In this document: positions 24,001 through 34,670 of the stretch, in pieces
Position numbering within the stretch: the first letter of the stretch is position 1
How the letters are laid out: each line of letters begins with the position of its first letter
Source of the DNA: Marsupella aquatica
Taxonomy: Eukaryota; Plantae; Marchantiophyta
Direction: 5' to 3'
Length of the DNA stretch: 64,000 bases
NCBI GenBank assembly: GCA_973895155.1
Contig: OZ316899.1
Location: 11,001,135-11,065,134, forward strand
Translations under genes and position numbers: made by a program
Notes under the pieces: model-generated
What the model was told of the DNA's origin: nothing
What the model saw: only the letters and a program-made list of their open reading frames with translations
The model's database searches: none

Positions 24001-27000
24001 TGGTCAGCGGAGTCACCTCACGGGGAGACTACGACTATGGAGGAGGAATATGATTCAGAGGTCACCTCAGATGAAGACGAGGATGAAGTATACATGGTGA
24101 AACTGATTTCTCACCTCACGGAGGAAGATGTTTTTGGCCCCGGAGTTGCTACTCAAGAGCATGCAGTAGAGGAATCAGTTAGCCAAGTGCACGCTGTTCT
24201 AGAAGAGATGGAAGACGAGCGAAGCAAAATTGTGGAGGCTGAACCTCTAGAGATTCATGATAGGGAGGCAGAGGATCACCCCGAGGAGGTGGAAATGCAA
24301 GCCCACACGATCATGTTTGATGATGAGCAAAGAGAGCAGTTTTTGAATGACATCCTGGATGATGACTTTAGAGAGGAGCTATTGTCACATTACAAAGAAT
24401 CTGACGTTGAAGAAATAATGGCCCATGTGACAAAGGATCCACCTCCATCCCGACCAGACCAGGAGGAGAGTGATGCACCGGTGTATGGAGGGATGAGGCT
24501 CGCACGGTTGGAAGAAACCTTTGATGAGGAGACACGCAACAAGTTGGACGTGATCAGGCCGGAGCAGTACACAAAGGTGGAAGTGGGTGAGGGCAAGACA
24601 CTCAACATTGGTAGTAAGTTGGATGCTACGGAGCAACGCACGATTCAGGAATTGTTGAAAGAGTACCAAGACGTATTTGCGTGGAGCCACCAAGATTTGA
24701 AAGGAGTGCCACCTGAGTTTGGTGAGCACAGCATTGACCTGATGTCAGGAGCACGACCTGTGAGGCAACGCCAATACCGCCTCAACCCCAAATACTCACT
24801 CATGGTGAAGGAGGAGATTGACCGTTTGTTGGATGCAGGATTCATTTATCCGGTCATGCATAGTGAGTGGGTGTCACCCATCGTAATCGTGCCCAAGAAA
24901 AAGGGGCCAGACGGGAAGGTGAAAATACGGGTGTGCCAAGATTTTCGAAAGTTGAATGATGCGACCAAGAAGGATCACTACCCGCTACCGTTCACGGATA
25001 TCGTGTTGGACATGGTAGCAGGTTGGGAGATATACAGCTTCTTGGATGGCTACTCTGGGTACAACCAAATCTGGATACGGGAGGAGGACCAACTCAAGAC
25101 GGCTTTCACAACAGAGTGGGGGATTTTTGCATTCCGGAGAATGCCTTTTGGGTTGTGCAATGCCCCTGGCATGTTCCAACGGCTCATGATGAATATATTT
25201 CATGACTTTTTACGCAGGTTCTTGGAGATCTTTATTGATGACTTTGCTGTCTACGGCAAACGAGTCAAGCATCCGGAACACTTACGGTTGACTTTTCAGC
25301 GGTGCCGGGAGACTTGCCTGAAGCTGCATCCGGAGAAATGTTTCTTTGGAATTGAGGAGGGAATCCTATTGGGCCACAAAGTGTCTGCACGAGGGATTGA
25401 AGTTGATCGTGAGAAGGTCGCCGTGTGGGTAGCAGTCTCATTTCCCAAGAATGTGAAGGAAGTGAGAGGGTTCTTGGGGTGTGTTGGCTACTACCGACGC
25501 TTCATCAAAGACTTTGCCAAGGTAGCCATGCCACTCACTTCCATGTTGAAAAAAGGAAGTGAGTTTGAACCTACTCCTTCCCGTCAGGCTGCTTTTGATG
25601 AATTGAAGAAACGATTGCTAGAGGCCCCCGTGCTCATTACGCCCAATTGGAATAAGGAATTCCATGTTTACGTAGACGTATCAGGATTTTGCATCGGTGC
25701 CGTTTTGAGTCAGTTAGATGATGATGGAAGAGACCATCCCATCTACTTTGCCAGTAGGCAGTTGGCCCCGGCAGAGAAAAACTACTCACCCACCGATAGG
25801 GAGGCACTTGGTATCATCTACGCTTGTAAGAAGTATCGTCATTATTTGTTGGGGTACAAGGTTGTGTTCCACACGGATCACAACAGCTTGAAATACATGG
25901 TCAACAAGCCAGATCTGTCCGGGAGAATTGCACGTTGGGTTTTGTTGCTACAAGAGTTCAACTATGAGGTGAGAGTAAGATCGGGGAAGAGTCATAGCAA
26001 TGCAGACTTCTTCTCCCGTATTGAGGGAGCATCTGACTCCCAGGAGATTGATGATCGGTTCCCGGATGAGGAAGTGTTCAGCGTGAATACAGAGGCCACT
26101 ACTTGGTATGGAGAAATTTTGGAATTTCTCCGCACGGCTAGAGTTCCCTCACGTTTGGGCCCGGAGAGAGCAGCAGTGTTTTTGCGTAAGACAGGTCCCT
26201 ACTTGCTTGTGAAGGGAGTACTTCACAAGTACGGCATGGATGGCCGACTTCGTCGTTGTTTGGAGGAAGCGGAGATACGTACAGTCATGGCAGCATTACA
26301 TGAGGAGGAAGCTGGTGGCCACTTTGCACGGGAGACCACCGCAAGGAAAATACTAGATGCTGGATATTGGTGGCCAACTCTCTTTCGGGATGTACACCGG
26401 TACATCCAGCGATGTGATCCGTGCCAGCGTCAAGGCAAACCAGGGCCCTCCTCACGACACCCATTGGTGCCCATACTTCCTCTTGCACCCTTTGAGAAGT
26501 GGGGGGTGGACTTCATTGGCCCTTTCACTCCCATCACACGAAGAGGGAGGAAGCGCTACATCATTCTTGCAACGGACTATGCCACCAAGTGGGTGGAGGC
26601 CCGAGCTACTGCCAAGGATGATGCCAACACCACGGCACGTTTTTTGTATGAGCAGATTTTTACACGATTTGGTCCACCATTGGAGTTGGTAAGTGACAGG
26701 GGTACTCACTTCCTCAATCATACGATTGAACGTTTGACAGAGAACTACTTGATCTCACATAGGAAGACCACTCCGTACCACCCTCGAGCCAACGGGCTCA
26801 CTGAGAGAGCCAACGGGATCATGGGCAAGATCCTCAACAAAACGGTATCCGCTCACAAGACCGATTGGGATTTGAAGTTGTTGGCTGCCACTTACGCTTA
26901 CAACCTGGCTCACAAGACTACCACGGGCCACAGCCCCTATTTCCTTGTGTTTGGACAACACTCTCTTGTGCCGGTGGAATTTGAGGTTCCAACCATTCGA

Positions 27001-27438
27001 ATCCTAACACGGGAAAGGGAAGGGGCAGAAGAAAGTGTCGCTTCACGGATCCAACAGTTGGAGCAACTCACGGAGACACGAGAAGAGGCTTTGACACATA
27101 CGGAGCAGGAGCAAGGCAAACGCAAGTCACATTACGATTCCCGTCTCCGTCGTGTGTCCATTGAGGAGGGAGATTTGGTGCTCCTCTACGATAGCCGCTT
27201 CATGCATTTCCCCGGGAAGTTGCATACACGGTGGATGGGACCCTACGTAGTGGATGCCGTCTACTCCAACGGCTCGGTTCAACTCAAGACATTGGAGGGG
27301 CAACTACTCAACACACGGATCAATCAAGAGCGCCTAAAGAAGTACTACACGGAGGAAGAGTATGGTGCTCGCGGGGGCGCTTCGCAATTAAGAGAGGAGC
27401 TATGTGACGGGTACCCCGTCACGGGAAGTCACACATAA
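21040..27438 (+). CDS. Gag-Pol polyprotein, 2132 aa (gag, three CCHC knuckles, protease, RT, RNase H, integrase)
   Basis: CTKCMKFGHAPKEC, CYNCRVAGHYANVC, CQLCKGEGHLAPHC; VDGGSG; CQDFRKLN, LDGYSGYNQI, MPFGLCNAP, FIDD; YVDVS...TDH; GHF...CDPCQ, WGVDF, SDRG, NGLTER, WMGPY. Order PR-RT-RH-IN. Confidence 0.98.
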   Translation: MPRGRRGGRGSPQHTRTPRSELEGGPSWIGTRRRVAAEERLRLAEERRLPLVLEEQVGVQQEEAQRNEAICPDEEPDIDHEREEGEPFVLVQSELQNLIPELTALPQIISHLSSVLLPVAQQAPLPPVLIQAPAAPMAAAQRTRVQYVPFKGRPKDDPDEWIEEFEGIAEANGESAHKLTIIPGMMRGEAGPWFISLLANVKADWALFKQAFLKEFRSIGVEATSLLKVGQLRMKKKESLRRFLQRFQKLVRRIQARTDDAMRQAWFVAALPSKMGFFVRQAKPTTLAEAIAAAESYTAADATSKRCRRKKLKPVDSSSSEESSGSDSDSSDESEDSESTTESDTTESEAERRRRKKKKLSKKVKKSSHREVILPTVAVTPLSTARRLKEQEARYDELTEQMKALKVHFAGLKPERRKVPVERANVWCTKCMKFGHAPKECPAGEPAKVFQVREEDVEGASYSNPSYAAEGPIEYFMEEPPEANVYSVQPLNPGPRSIHGVSTNAGAPAYSNYPNANPGNRPPYPGVRKIPICYNCRVAGHYANVCPEPTRQGNGDFARLCQLCKGEGHLAPHCPTLEAFKAQPIGAQEKKGPPPPLKEASVNFLTTEAVDTPLITRREETVVNIPKQRMTTITEEVVPLVVVVSPVVEIPVVVVATSTEVEVANPSPPSHEWTHAENLPEEDSDEERRHYSCYRVSTQSGKKKGKSELKQKYKEVHQASTSGTSHEPEVPPMEDSDFDRDNPKLFYPKVGEEVRKQLEELEAQAMQAAIDKDMEEAKARKKAEERVVRWKPGEEVIPPIPPATAYNIAQDILDCPVSATIGQLLRDSSLYRRQVKEILMRRRRRRRLPKVGADPIQVNWVTEDLGAPELTVDINGCAIRFVPVDGGSGVNIMTEETANRLGYTELEPPARAMRLADGARVVPLGCLTKIPTMIGGKSFPLNYLVMRPVRPYGFPILIGRPWLYVAKVTSDWGKRQFRFGIPTITIPWSAESPHGETTTMEEEYDSEVTSDEDEDEVYMVKLISHLTEEDVFGPGVATQEHAVEESVSQVHAVLEEMEDERSKIVEAEPLEIHDREAEDHPEEVEMQAHTIMFDDEQREQFLNDILDDDFREELLSHYKESDVEEIMAHVTKDPPPSRPDQEESDAPVYGGMRLARLEETFDEETRNKLDVIRPEQYTKVEVGEGKTLNIGSKLDATEQRTIQELLKEYQDVFAWSHQDLKGVPPEFGEHSIDLMSGARPVRQRQYRLNPKYSLMVKEEIDRLLDAGFIYPVMHSEWVSPIVIVPKKKGPDGKVKIRVCQDFRKLNDATKKDHYPLPFTDIVLDMVAGWEIYSFLDGYSGYNQIWIREEDQLKTAFTTEWGIFAFRRMPFGLCNAPGMFQRLMMNIFHDFLRRFLEIFIDDFAVYGKRVKHPEHLRLTFQRCRETCLKLHPEKCFFGIEEGILLGHKVSARGIEVDREKVAVWVAVSFPKNVKEVRGFLGCVGYYRRFIKDFAKVAMPLTSMLKKGSEFEPTPSRQAAFDELKKRLLEAPVLITPNWNKEFHVYVDVSGFCIGAVLSQLDDDGRDHPIYFASRQLAPAEKNYSPTDREALGIIYACKKYRHYLLGYKVVFHTDHNSLKYMVNKPDLSGRIARWVLLLQEFNYEVRVRSGKSHSNADFFSRIEGASDSQEIDDRFPDEEVFSVNTEATTWYGEILEFLRTARVPSRLGPERAAVFLRKTGPYLLVKGVLHKYGMDGRLRRCLEEAEIRTVMAALHEEEAGGHFARETTARKILDAGYWWPTLFRDVHRYIQRCDPCQRQGKPGPSSRHPLVPILPLAPFEKWGVDFIGPFTPITRRGRKRYIILATDYATKWVEARATAKDDANTTARFLYEQIFTRFGPPLELVSDRGTHFLNHTIERLTENYLISHRKTTPYHPRANGLTERANGIMGKILNKTVSAHKTDWDLKLLAATYAYNLAHKTTTGHSPYFLVFGQHSLVPVEFEVPTIRILTREREGAEESVASRIQQLEQLTETREEALTHTEQEQGKRKSHYDSRLRRVSIEEGDLVLLYDSRFMHFPGKLHTRWMGPYVVDAVYSNGSVQLKTLEGQLLNTRINQERLKKYYTEEEYGARGGASQLREELCDGYPVTGSHT
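27390..27399 (+). promoter_or_regulatory. Polypurine tract
   Basis: AAGAGAGGAG lies 3 nt before the 3' LTR. Confidence 0.75.
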
Positions 27439-30400
27439 CTGGTTGCAAAGGCCGATACCTTGTTAATAGTCAATGTAAATAAGCCATTTTTTAATTTTTA
27501 GTTAATTCCGTCATTATAGGTTGATGATGCCCCAGGTGACTTTATATTCTTTCTCTCATAATAGTTCTAAGATTTGCGGCGACCTAAGTGGGCAAATATT
27601 TTGGGACCTTGAAACTAGCCAGGACCAGCCCCATAGGACTTACCGTTTTGCTTCAAGAGCTATTGTTGAGACCCCCATTGCAAAGTCAGGAGAGGGGGGG
27701 GTTTTTTTTAAATAAATCCCTCCTCAGGAGGGCGAGTCCCATTAGTGGCCGTCCGAGAGAAAGAGGGGCTGCCTCGCGAGCCCATAGGGCTGCGTGCCCG
27801 GGCGATTAATGGGGCTCCGCGAGCTGAAGGGGCTGCCTCGCGAGCCCATAGGGCTGCGTGCCCGGGCAATTAATGAGGCTCCGCGAGCTGAAGGAGCGCA
27901 AGCGAGCGGGGGGGGGGGAGTTAAAGGGCCTCCCGCGAGCTGGGAGGATCACGCGAGCGGGGGGGAGTTAAAGGGCCTCCCGCGAGCTGGGAGGATCACG
28001 CGAGCGGGGGGGAGTTAAAGGGCCTCCCGCGAGCTGGGAGGATCACGCGAGCGGGGGGGAGTTGAAGGGCCTCCCGCGAGCCGGGAGGAATGGCCGCGCG
28101 CCCTGCATAGGGCCGCGCGCAGGAGGACGCAAGGGTAAGGCCCGAGAAATGGGCCGGGGCGCATGGCGAAGGCGCCAGGAGTTTTTTCGGTTCTATTTTT
28201 TTTTCCTTCCTTTTTCTTTCCCTCTTCCTTTTGCACGACCCTCTCATTGCCGAAAGCAAAAACGGGGTTCTTCTCTCTCTTGCCGGAAGCTCTCTCCAGA
28301 TTCTAATTATTTTTGAAGCTCTCTCTTTCATGGTGGATTAGTGGGGCTTGCTGGCGTCATTCTTCCAGGCATTAGTGGCGGCCGCACGGAGTAGTGACGG
28401 GAAATTGAGAGAATTTAAGTGATCGGGCTACGGGGGCTGTTTCGGGCCAGGGAATTGACATTGCCACGGGTGACGGGATTGGTGATTGAGAAATTGATTT
28501 CGGGATGCATGGATGCTAGATCAACCAGAGTTTAGTGCGTCACGCATTCGGAGATACAAGGCTGCTTACCGTGACTACGTGGAGACTCGGATTACACGGG
28601 AAAGGGAAGAGAGAGAAGTTATGATGAGCACGGGATTGGCAGCGGGTTCCTCACCGGTGGGTAGGAAGATTTTTCGTCGAATTTATCCCAAGACCTCCAC
28701 CAAGGTGATGGAGGATTGTCGGAACATTTTCCAAGCCACCGGGCTTACAGAATTCATGAAGGTGGAGATTACCATCCCTTCAGGGAAGAGCTGGGACATT
28801 GAGGCCGGGATGGAGTTCCGAACGGAGGGAATCTACTTTGAATGTCTCAAACGTGTAGTGCCCCATGTGGAGTTGGCTAAGCTATTGTTTCTTGAGAATC
28901 AGAAATTCTCATTCACACCTCGGAATATCAGGGGAGAACTCACGTTGAAAATGGTGGCCACTTGGGTGACCAATCCTACCTCCACCACCGCCATCCCTCT
29001 TTCTGCTGTCAAGGATGTTGAGTATAAGGGCTTCCTGGCCAAGGTGCATCAACGGGTTCTTGGCAACGTGCAATCCGGAGTGCTGAATGAGGAGCATTTC
29101 GTGGTAGCTATGGACATCAAGAACTACCCAGCCCATGTGTACGGATGGTGGTGCTACGGATTGAAGAAGCTATTGGCCGCTGAGCCCGGGAGTGTGAAAC
29201 CAGGTGGGGCTGTACATTTGATGGGGTCATTTGTATTGGCCAGGGCAGAAGGGTTGATTGGTTCTCCGGGGCATGAAGACACGGGATCATCTCTCACCAC
29301 GGAGATCCGGAGTATTGCCACTACCGTTTTAGGGAAGCTCACGGAGGAATCATTGTCTGCTGGTGGGGAGGATAATAGAGAAGAAGAGAACCAGGAGGAT
29401 GATTGCACATTGGAGTGGCTTGAATCACTCGTGGGAGATCCGAAACAGCCTCTGGAATACAACATTCCGGATGTTTACTTGGCAGAGCTACGGGATTTCA
29501 GAGAGGGAGTCCACGAGGGACTCAAGCTAGTCCACGCATTGAGGGAGTCTCTCAAGCACGCCACAGTCAAAGTAGAGACGTTAGAGCAGAGCATCCTGTC
29601 ACTGAAGGAGGTGATCAAGACCAAGGAGCAGACCATTCATGAGAAGGTCAGGCACATCAATGCAGCTCACGTAGAGATCACCAACTTGAAGGGAGCTTTG
29701 TCCACCAAGGCCAAGGAAGCAGAAGAAGTAGGAGCGTTGAGGCAAGCATTGGCCAAAGAGAAGCAAAATTCTGGAGAAGTGATGGAGTGGAGGAACCAGG
29801 TGGGAGCACTACGGAGTCAGGTGGCAGCCTTTGAGACACGAGCGAAGAGAAGTGAGGCCCTGAGTCTAGGGAAACGGAAGAGTCCCGGCACACCTGGCTC
29901 CACACTTTCCCCGGATGTGATCTCCCAAGCTATCGAGATGGTGGTGAAGGAGGTTAGTGGGAAGTATGGACCCTTGTTGGATGGAGCCAAGAAGAGTCAG
30001 GAGAAGAGTAAGAGCTTGGAGAAGAAGCTCCGGGAGGTACGGAAATCGTTACGGGAGGCTCAGGTCAGTACGGGGATGCCACCCAGGTCTGTCACCCCCG
30101 GGACTCCCATGGCCACGGGGCAAGTTCTACCGTTGGAGTTGCGGTCCGGAGAAGAGGCTACCCTCTGGAAGGACACAATTGGTGAGGGGTACATCAAGGC
30201 GTGGCAGGCCTTGGCTGCTTTGAGGAAGCGCGGGAGCAGCAGCACTAAGAGTACTCCGTCGAAGAAGAAGAAAAGTACGGTGGCACTCACTCCCGTGAGT
30301 GATGAGGAGGAGGACCACTCACGGGGCACAAGTCCGGGCACCGAGAGCGAAGAAGAAGAGGAGGATTAGATAGGCGTACGGACGTGGGTGTACGGCCTCC

Positions 30401-31480
30401 AGATTTCCAACATTTTAGTGGGGGGTCACTCATGGGCTTGTTGGGATGAGCTCGCGGAGCTGATTCCAACAAGAGGCGGCGCTCCTCAAACGGAGCCAGG
30501 ATGAGCAAGTTATGGCCTGGAGAACTTATGTTTTTGCGGTACGGAAACGGCCATAACTCAGGCGTCTGAAGTCCGTTGAGGGAGCGACTTAGTGATTCGG
30601 AAGCAGGAAAAGAAGAGCTATCCAGGGGTGAGCTCAGGTGTGCACTTGGAAGGGCACCTAGTTTCGGCCATTTTGGGGTGCCTCTCACTTTCAGGGTTCA
30701 CGTGTACTGTTGGGGCGCCGTCGAAGGCACCGTCGGCCCCCTTGTTTTGGGTTTAGGGTTTTAGCAGCATGTGTGTGCCGCATGCTCCTCTTCAGTTTAA
30801 GGATTTCTCTTAGTGCAAGGTTTTAGCGGCGCCGCTAGGGTAGCCGCCACCGTTGTGACCCTGTGAGGGGTGCTTTGGTGTGATTTTTCAGTATTTAGGG
30901 GGATAGCCCCGAAGTAGTTAGGGGGACTCAGTGTGAAGTTAGCAAGGAGGGATAGAGTGGAGCCTGAGGAGTTTGAAAGCGTGTTCAGAGTAGTGAGGGG
31001 GAGCCATACTCATTGTCCGGAGAGGCAGGAGTTGAGTAGACGGCAGGAGGCCGGGTTACTCATGCAATGTGTATCGTTTTTCCCAAGAGATATGGATCTG
31101 TACATTTGACTTGATGGGCTTTTGTTGTGTGTTCCTTCTCCCTTTTTCGCTTTCCGAATTGTGTTCTCCCGTTCTATGATTTGAAGAAACTTGCTTGGTT
31201 TGAGTCGGCCTTGTGAGTAGGGGTGGTGACAGCACTCTTTGGGTGACTCCGAGTGAAGGTGTAGTGGGGTAGTCGGCAGGACTTGATCAAAAGCTGTGGG
31301 GTGAGGGTAGTCGGTAGACTTGATCAAAACCTACATGTCCGGGAGCGGAAACCAAAATACTCATCCTGGTGTGAAAAGAATCCAAATAGCGTCCCTCCAC
31401 GACCCCGTAATACGATACCAACGGTTTAAGCGAAGAAAAGTGCGGTTTGCACGTATTAACCGTTGGAGAGGCAAGTGACA
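27403..31480 (+). repeat. 3' LTR (4078 bp)
   Basis: Differs from the 5' LTR by two 1-nt homopolymer differences and one substitution that I could see (20641 T / 31337 G). Confidence 0.97.
28513..30369 (+). CDS. 618-aa LTR-encoded protein, copy 2
   Basis: Translation identical to 17817-19673. Confidence 0.88.
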   Translation: MLDQPEFSASRIRRYKAAYRDYVETRITREREEREVMMSTGLAAGSSPVGRKIFRRIYPKTSTKVMEDCRNIFQATGLTEFMKVEITIPSGKSWDIEAGMEFRTEGIYFECLKRVVPHVELAKLLFLENQKFSFTPRNIRGELTLKMVATWVTNPTSTTAIPLSAVKDVEYKGFLAKVHQRVLGNVQSGVLNEEHFVVAMDIKNYPAHVYGWWCYGLKKLLAAEPGSVKPGGAVHLMGSFVLARAEGLIGSPGHEDTGSSLTTEIRSIATTVLGKLTEESLSAGGEDNREEENQEDDCTLEWLESLVGDPKQPLEYNIPDVYLAELRDFREGVHEGLKLVHALRESLKHATVKVETLEQSILSLKEVIKTKEQTIHEKVRHINAAHVEITNLKGALSTKAKEAEEVGALRQALAKEKQNSGEVMEWRNQVGALRSQVAAFETRAKRSEALSLGKRKSPGTPGSTLSPDVISQAIEMVVKEVSGKYGPLLDGAKKSQEKSKSLEKKLREVRKSLREAQVSTGMPPRSVTPGTPMATGQVLPLELRSGEEATLWKDTIGEGYIKAWQALAALRKRGSSSTKSTPSKKKKSTVALTPVSDEEEDHSRGTSPGTESEEEEED

Positions 31481-32700
31481 CTCGCGTAGACTCAAGGTTG
31501 TCGGTCGTATGAACTGTGAGCGATAGAAAATGTTCCTCGATACTTTCCAAGGGGGGCATATCATAGTTTTGGATTGAGCGCTCTCTTTCAATCTTCTTGG
31601 AGGATTTTGATTGATTCCTCTGCTTTGATTTTTTGGGAGACATCTAAATGATTGTTAGATATTTAGGTCTTCATTGCAGGTAACTAGTCATTGTGATATT
31701 TTCCAGTTGGAACTCTCGGGCTGTACTCAAGCTACAATTCCGGTGCAGGAATGGAGCACCGACCTTAACGTGATCAATAACCATGTAAAAAAGCTTATCT
31801 TCTACAAGCAAGAAGTCTTCTCAGCTAGCAATCAAAGTCAAAGGCTATCCCGGCCATCCGATGGAGAGGATGAATGATTCAAGAGAGGGCTGGCTGGAAA
31901 GTGCCTAACAAGCATGCAAGTTTGGTCAAACTTGGATCTCAATCACTCCCATGATGACTCTTTCATCCCCTAGTGCCCTCCCCTCCCTCTCAACGGCCCG
32001 GATTGACAAAGGTTGTCTTCTAAAGCACATTTATTATTCTGAAGAGCGCAGGGTTGATTATTGTTGGAGAGCATGGGGAAAAGGAAATAACAAATGCGCA
32101 AACTTGTCACTTTTGATATGGAGGAAGGAGGACGAGGAACGATGAGGAAAGAAGAGGAAGAAGACTTGGCTACGCCTGGTGCAATGATTGTGAGTTTGTC
32201 ACTCATTGTAGCATTCATGCTCCTTTGCTGCTGATTTGCGATCATTGCCTGCAATGTATGGATTGTACTAGTGCCTTGGGCTCCAACACGCTTTACATCA
32301 TTCTTTCCATCTTTAATGTAGATATTTCAAGGGCAGGCAAATACTTTAAGGCCCTACCTAACATGCATTCAAAATACGCTTACGGAAGCCGCAGAGGCGG
32401 ACATCAGTTTGAATAATGTTTTAAAAGATTTCAGAATAATGTGTGCAAATCCTATTTTAGAAACCCTTTCACACATTTGAGCATCACGGAGGATTGTGAG
32501 TAGTTTACAAGGTTATATTGCGTTCTGGACTTCTTCACTTGTCATACTTGCTTGGGGACTATCAGTACTAGCTTGGAATGCTCCTGCATCGATGACACGA
32601 CCGATGTGCAGGGAAACATATATCAAAGGATTTGCTGGTGAGAGCTCAAGCATGGGTATGTGATGTGATTTATTAGTGCAACCAAAGGATTGGTCTATAA

Positions 32701-34670
32701 TTGGCACCATTGAAGGCGGCAAGTCATACAGGAATTCACATGAAAGACCCATTTGGTCAATCCCAGTGGGTCTTTCCAAGACTATGTCTGTATATCTGTG
32801 ACCAGACAGAGGGGAGTAGAATCACATGCACATTTGATACAAACAAGTCAAATTATCCATGCAGTTGTTGTTTCTGTCCAAGAGAATCCCTCAGCATTGT
32901 TGCAAAAAGATTTTCTTACAGGGATGAGAAGGGAATGGAAGCAATCTTAGAAGAGATGTGGCAGTCTTCTGTGCAAGATCAGAAATAGATGTCTAAGGAG
33001 CAGTCAATTTATCCAGGTAAGCACTTCTTACTGAGATGAGCATTGATTGTGCAAAGGGAGTTTTGAATGTGTTCAGTTATTCTACTATTTCTGTCAACTG
33101 TGAGTGATTTTTTTTCTTGTGATGTCTTGCAGTGTGCTCTATGGGGATTTTGTGGAGGTGATTTGCTGTATGGAAATCCCCATCAATGCATACAATTAGA
33201 CGGTCTTCATCAGTCCATACTAGGTGTATTCAAGACTCGATCTAGTGGGCATTGTGAGATCGGCTGTTGCTTCCCAGAGCCTTGTAAAAAACCTATGCAA
33301 GAACTTGATAGAAGACTCCAGAAAATACACAAGGAATGTCGTTATGCTTCCTTTAGATTGCCTGGGAGTAACCAAAGTGGTTACTTTCAAAGCAATGCTA
33401 ACTTTCATGGATTCGAGCATAAATTTGTTATGCAGGTTGTGGTATTTTGTTTGCTTGGCGTCATTCCAAATCCGCTCATTGAGGTTTTTGTGGACTTCAT
33501 AGATTGGTATTTGCTAGCATTCTAGAGTAAACAACATTCTGAGAGGTCCTTGAATCAAATGGATCAGTTAATGAAAAAAGCAGTAGGATCGATGATAAAA
33601 CACGCTAAAACTTGGCAGAAGTCAAGTTTCAACATTGTAAAAGTCCATGCCATGAGTCACCTGAAAGATTGTATCAAACGATGTGGGTTGCCTTTAGAAT
33701 ATGACACAGGTATATTCGAACATCTTCACATTGCCCTCATGAAGGTTCCATACAGACATAGCAACAAGAGGAATTCATGGGGCAAATAGCCAGAGGACTA
33801 GAATTTTACTAGACAAAGCAAGCTGTCAAGAAGACTTAAGAGTGCACGCAGAAGATGCAACTGCACTGGACCGAGTACTGAACCCCTTACCTCCCTCCCA
33901 CTTCTACTACACTTTCAGTTTGTACTTTCAGTGTAGCAACACATGTCACTTTACAAATGATGTCTTGTAGGCACTTATGCATGTGCTTTATGATTTGATA
34001 TGTGCAGGCTGTATTGACAGGACAGATCGCCCTATCTGGAAAGGATATAAGGTTGACATTGAGTTGGCTTGATGCAACTAACAATGACTTTGTGCCTGTA
34101 GAAGTGAGTGAACTTTTTCAGTGTCAACCAGAAATACAGCTGCACTTGAGAGAAGCCTTTGTTATGCACTTGAATGATGAGAACTGTGCAGTTCCTGATA
34201 TAATACAACTTTGGAAAAGCTTAGCAGTGCTTGTTGGGGAAGGCATTCGATTTGGAGATTGGCCAATGTACACCCGTGCATGCAGAAGTTTCCATGGTAA
34301 AGAATGGTTTGGATTCGTCTCTCTTCAGATGGAAGAAGTTGGCGTTGATCCTGTAACATCTTATGGTCAACTGAGGTTGCTGATTTCTTGTGAAGTCATT
34401 GGTGAGGGTGGCAAGAAGATCATTAAGCATCTAGCATTTGTTAGAATGATGGAAAAGCTGCCAAGGGATGGAGATTGGAAGTTATTGCACTGCACAAAAC
34501 TCCAGTGGGTTGATGAAGGCATGACAGTCTCTACAAGCAGAAAAGCACTTTACAAAAGATCCAAAGTGCCTTATATTGTTGTGGAGGTAGCAAACATTTC
34601 TAAAGTGATTCATTGTGTCCCTAATTTTGCTCAAGTTGGCACATATTTTGAAAATAGATTCAAACTTTAA
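32701..34670 (+). pseudogene. Plavaka-like transposase remnant, intron-containing and 5'-truncated
   Basis: DPFGQSQWVFPRLCLYICDQTEG...PCSCCFCP; DGLHQSILGVFK; KVHAMSHLKDCIKRCG...DTGIFEHLHIALMKVPYRHSNKRN. Several stops and frameshifts. Confidence 0.75.

Larger units (their letters stand above)
16709..31480 (+). mobile_element. Intact Ty3/gypsy (non-chromovirus-like) LTR retrotransposon, 14,772 bp
   Basis: TSD CTCGC at 16704-16708 and 31481-31485. TG...CA LTRs, PBS, PPT and an uninterrupted gag-pol. Confidence 0.98.

Noticed and set aside
21412-27125. Many short antisense and alternate-frame ORFs over gag-pol
   Set aside because: Expected shadows of a long coding frame.
16709-31480. Segmental duplication or two tandem elements
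   Set aside because: The repeat has TG..CA ends, a PBS after copy 1, a PPT before copy 2 and a 5-bp TSD outside, so these are LTRs.
31486-32700. Additional captured gene fragments
   Set aside because: Coding-like in places, but I could not identify any protein.
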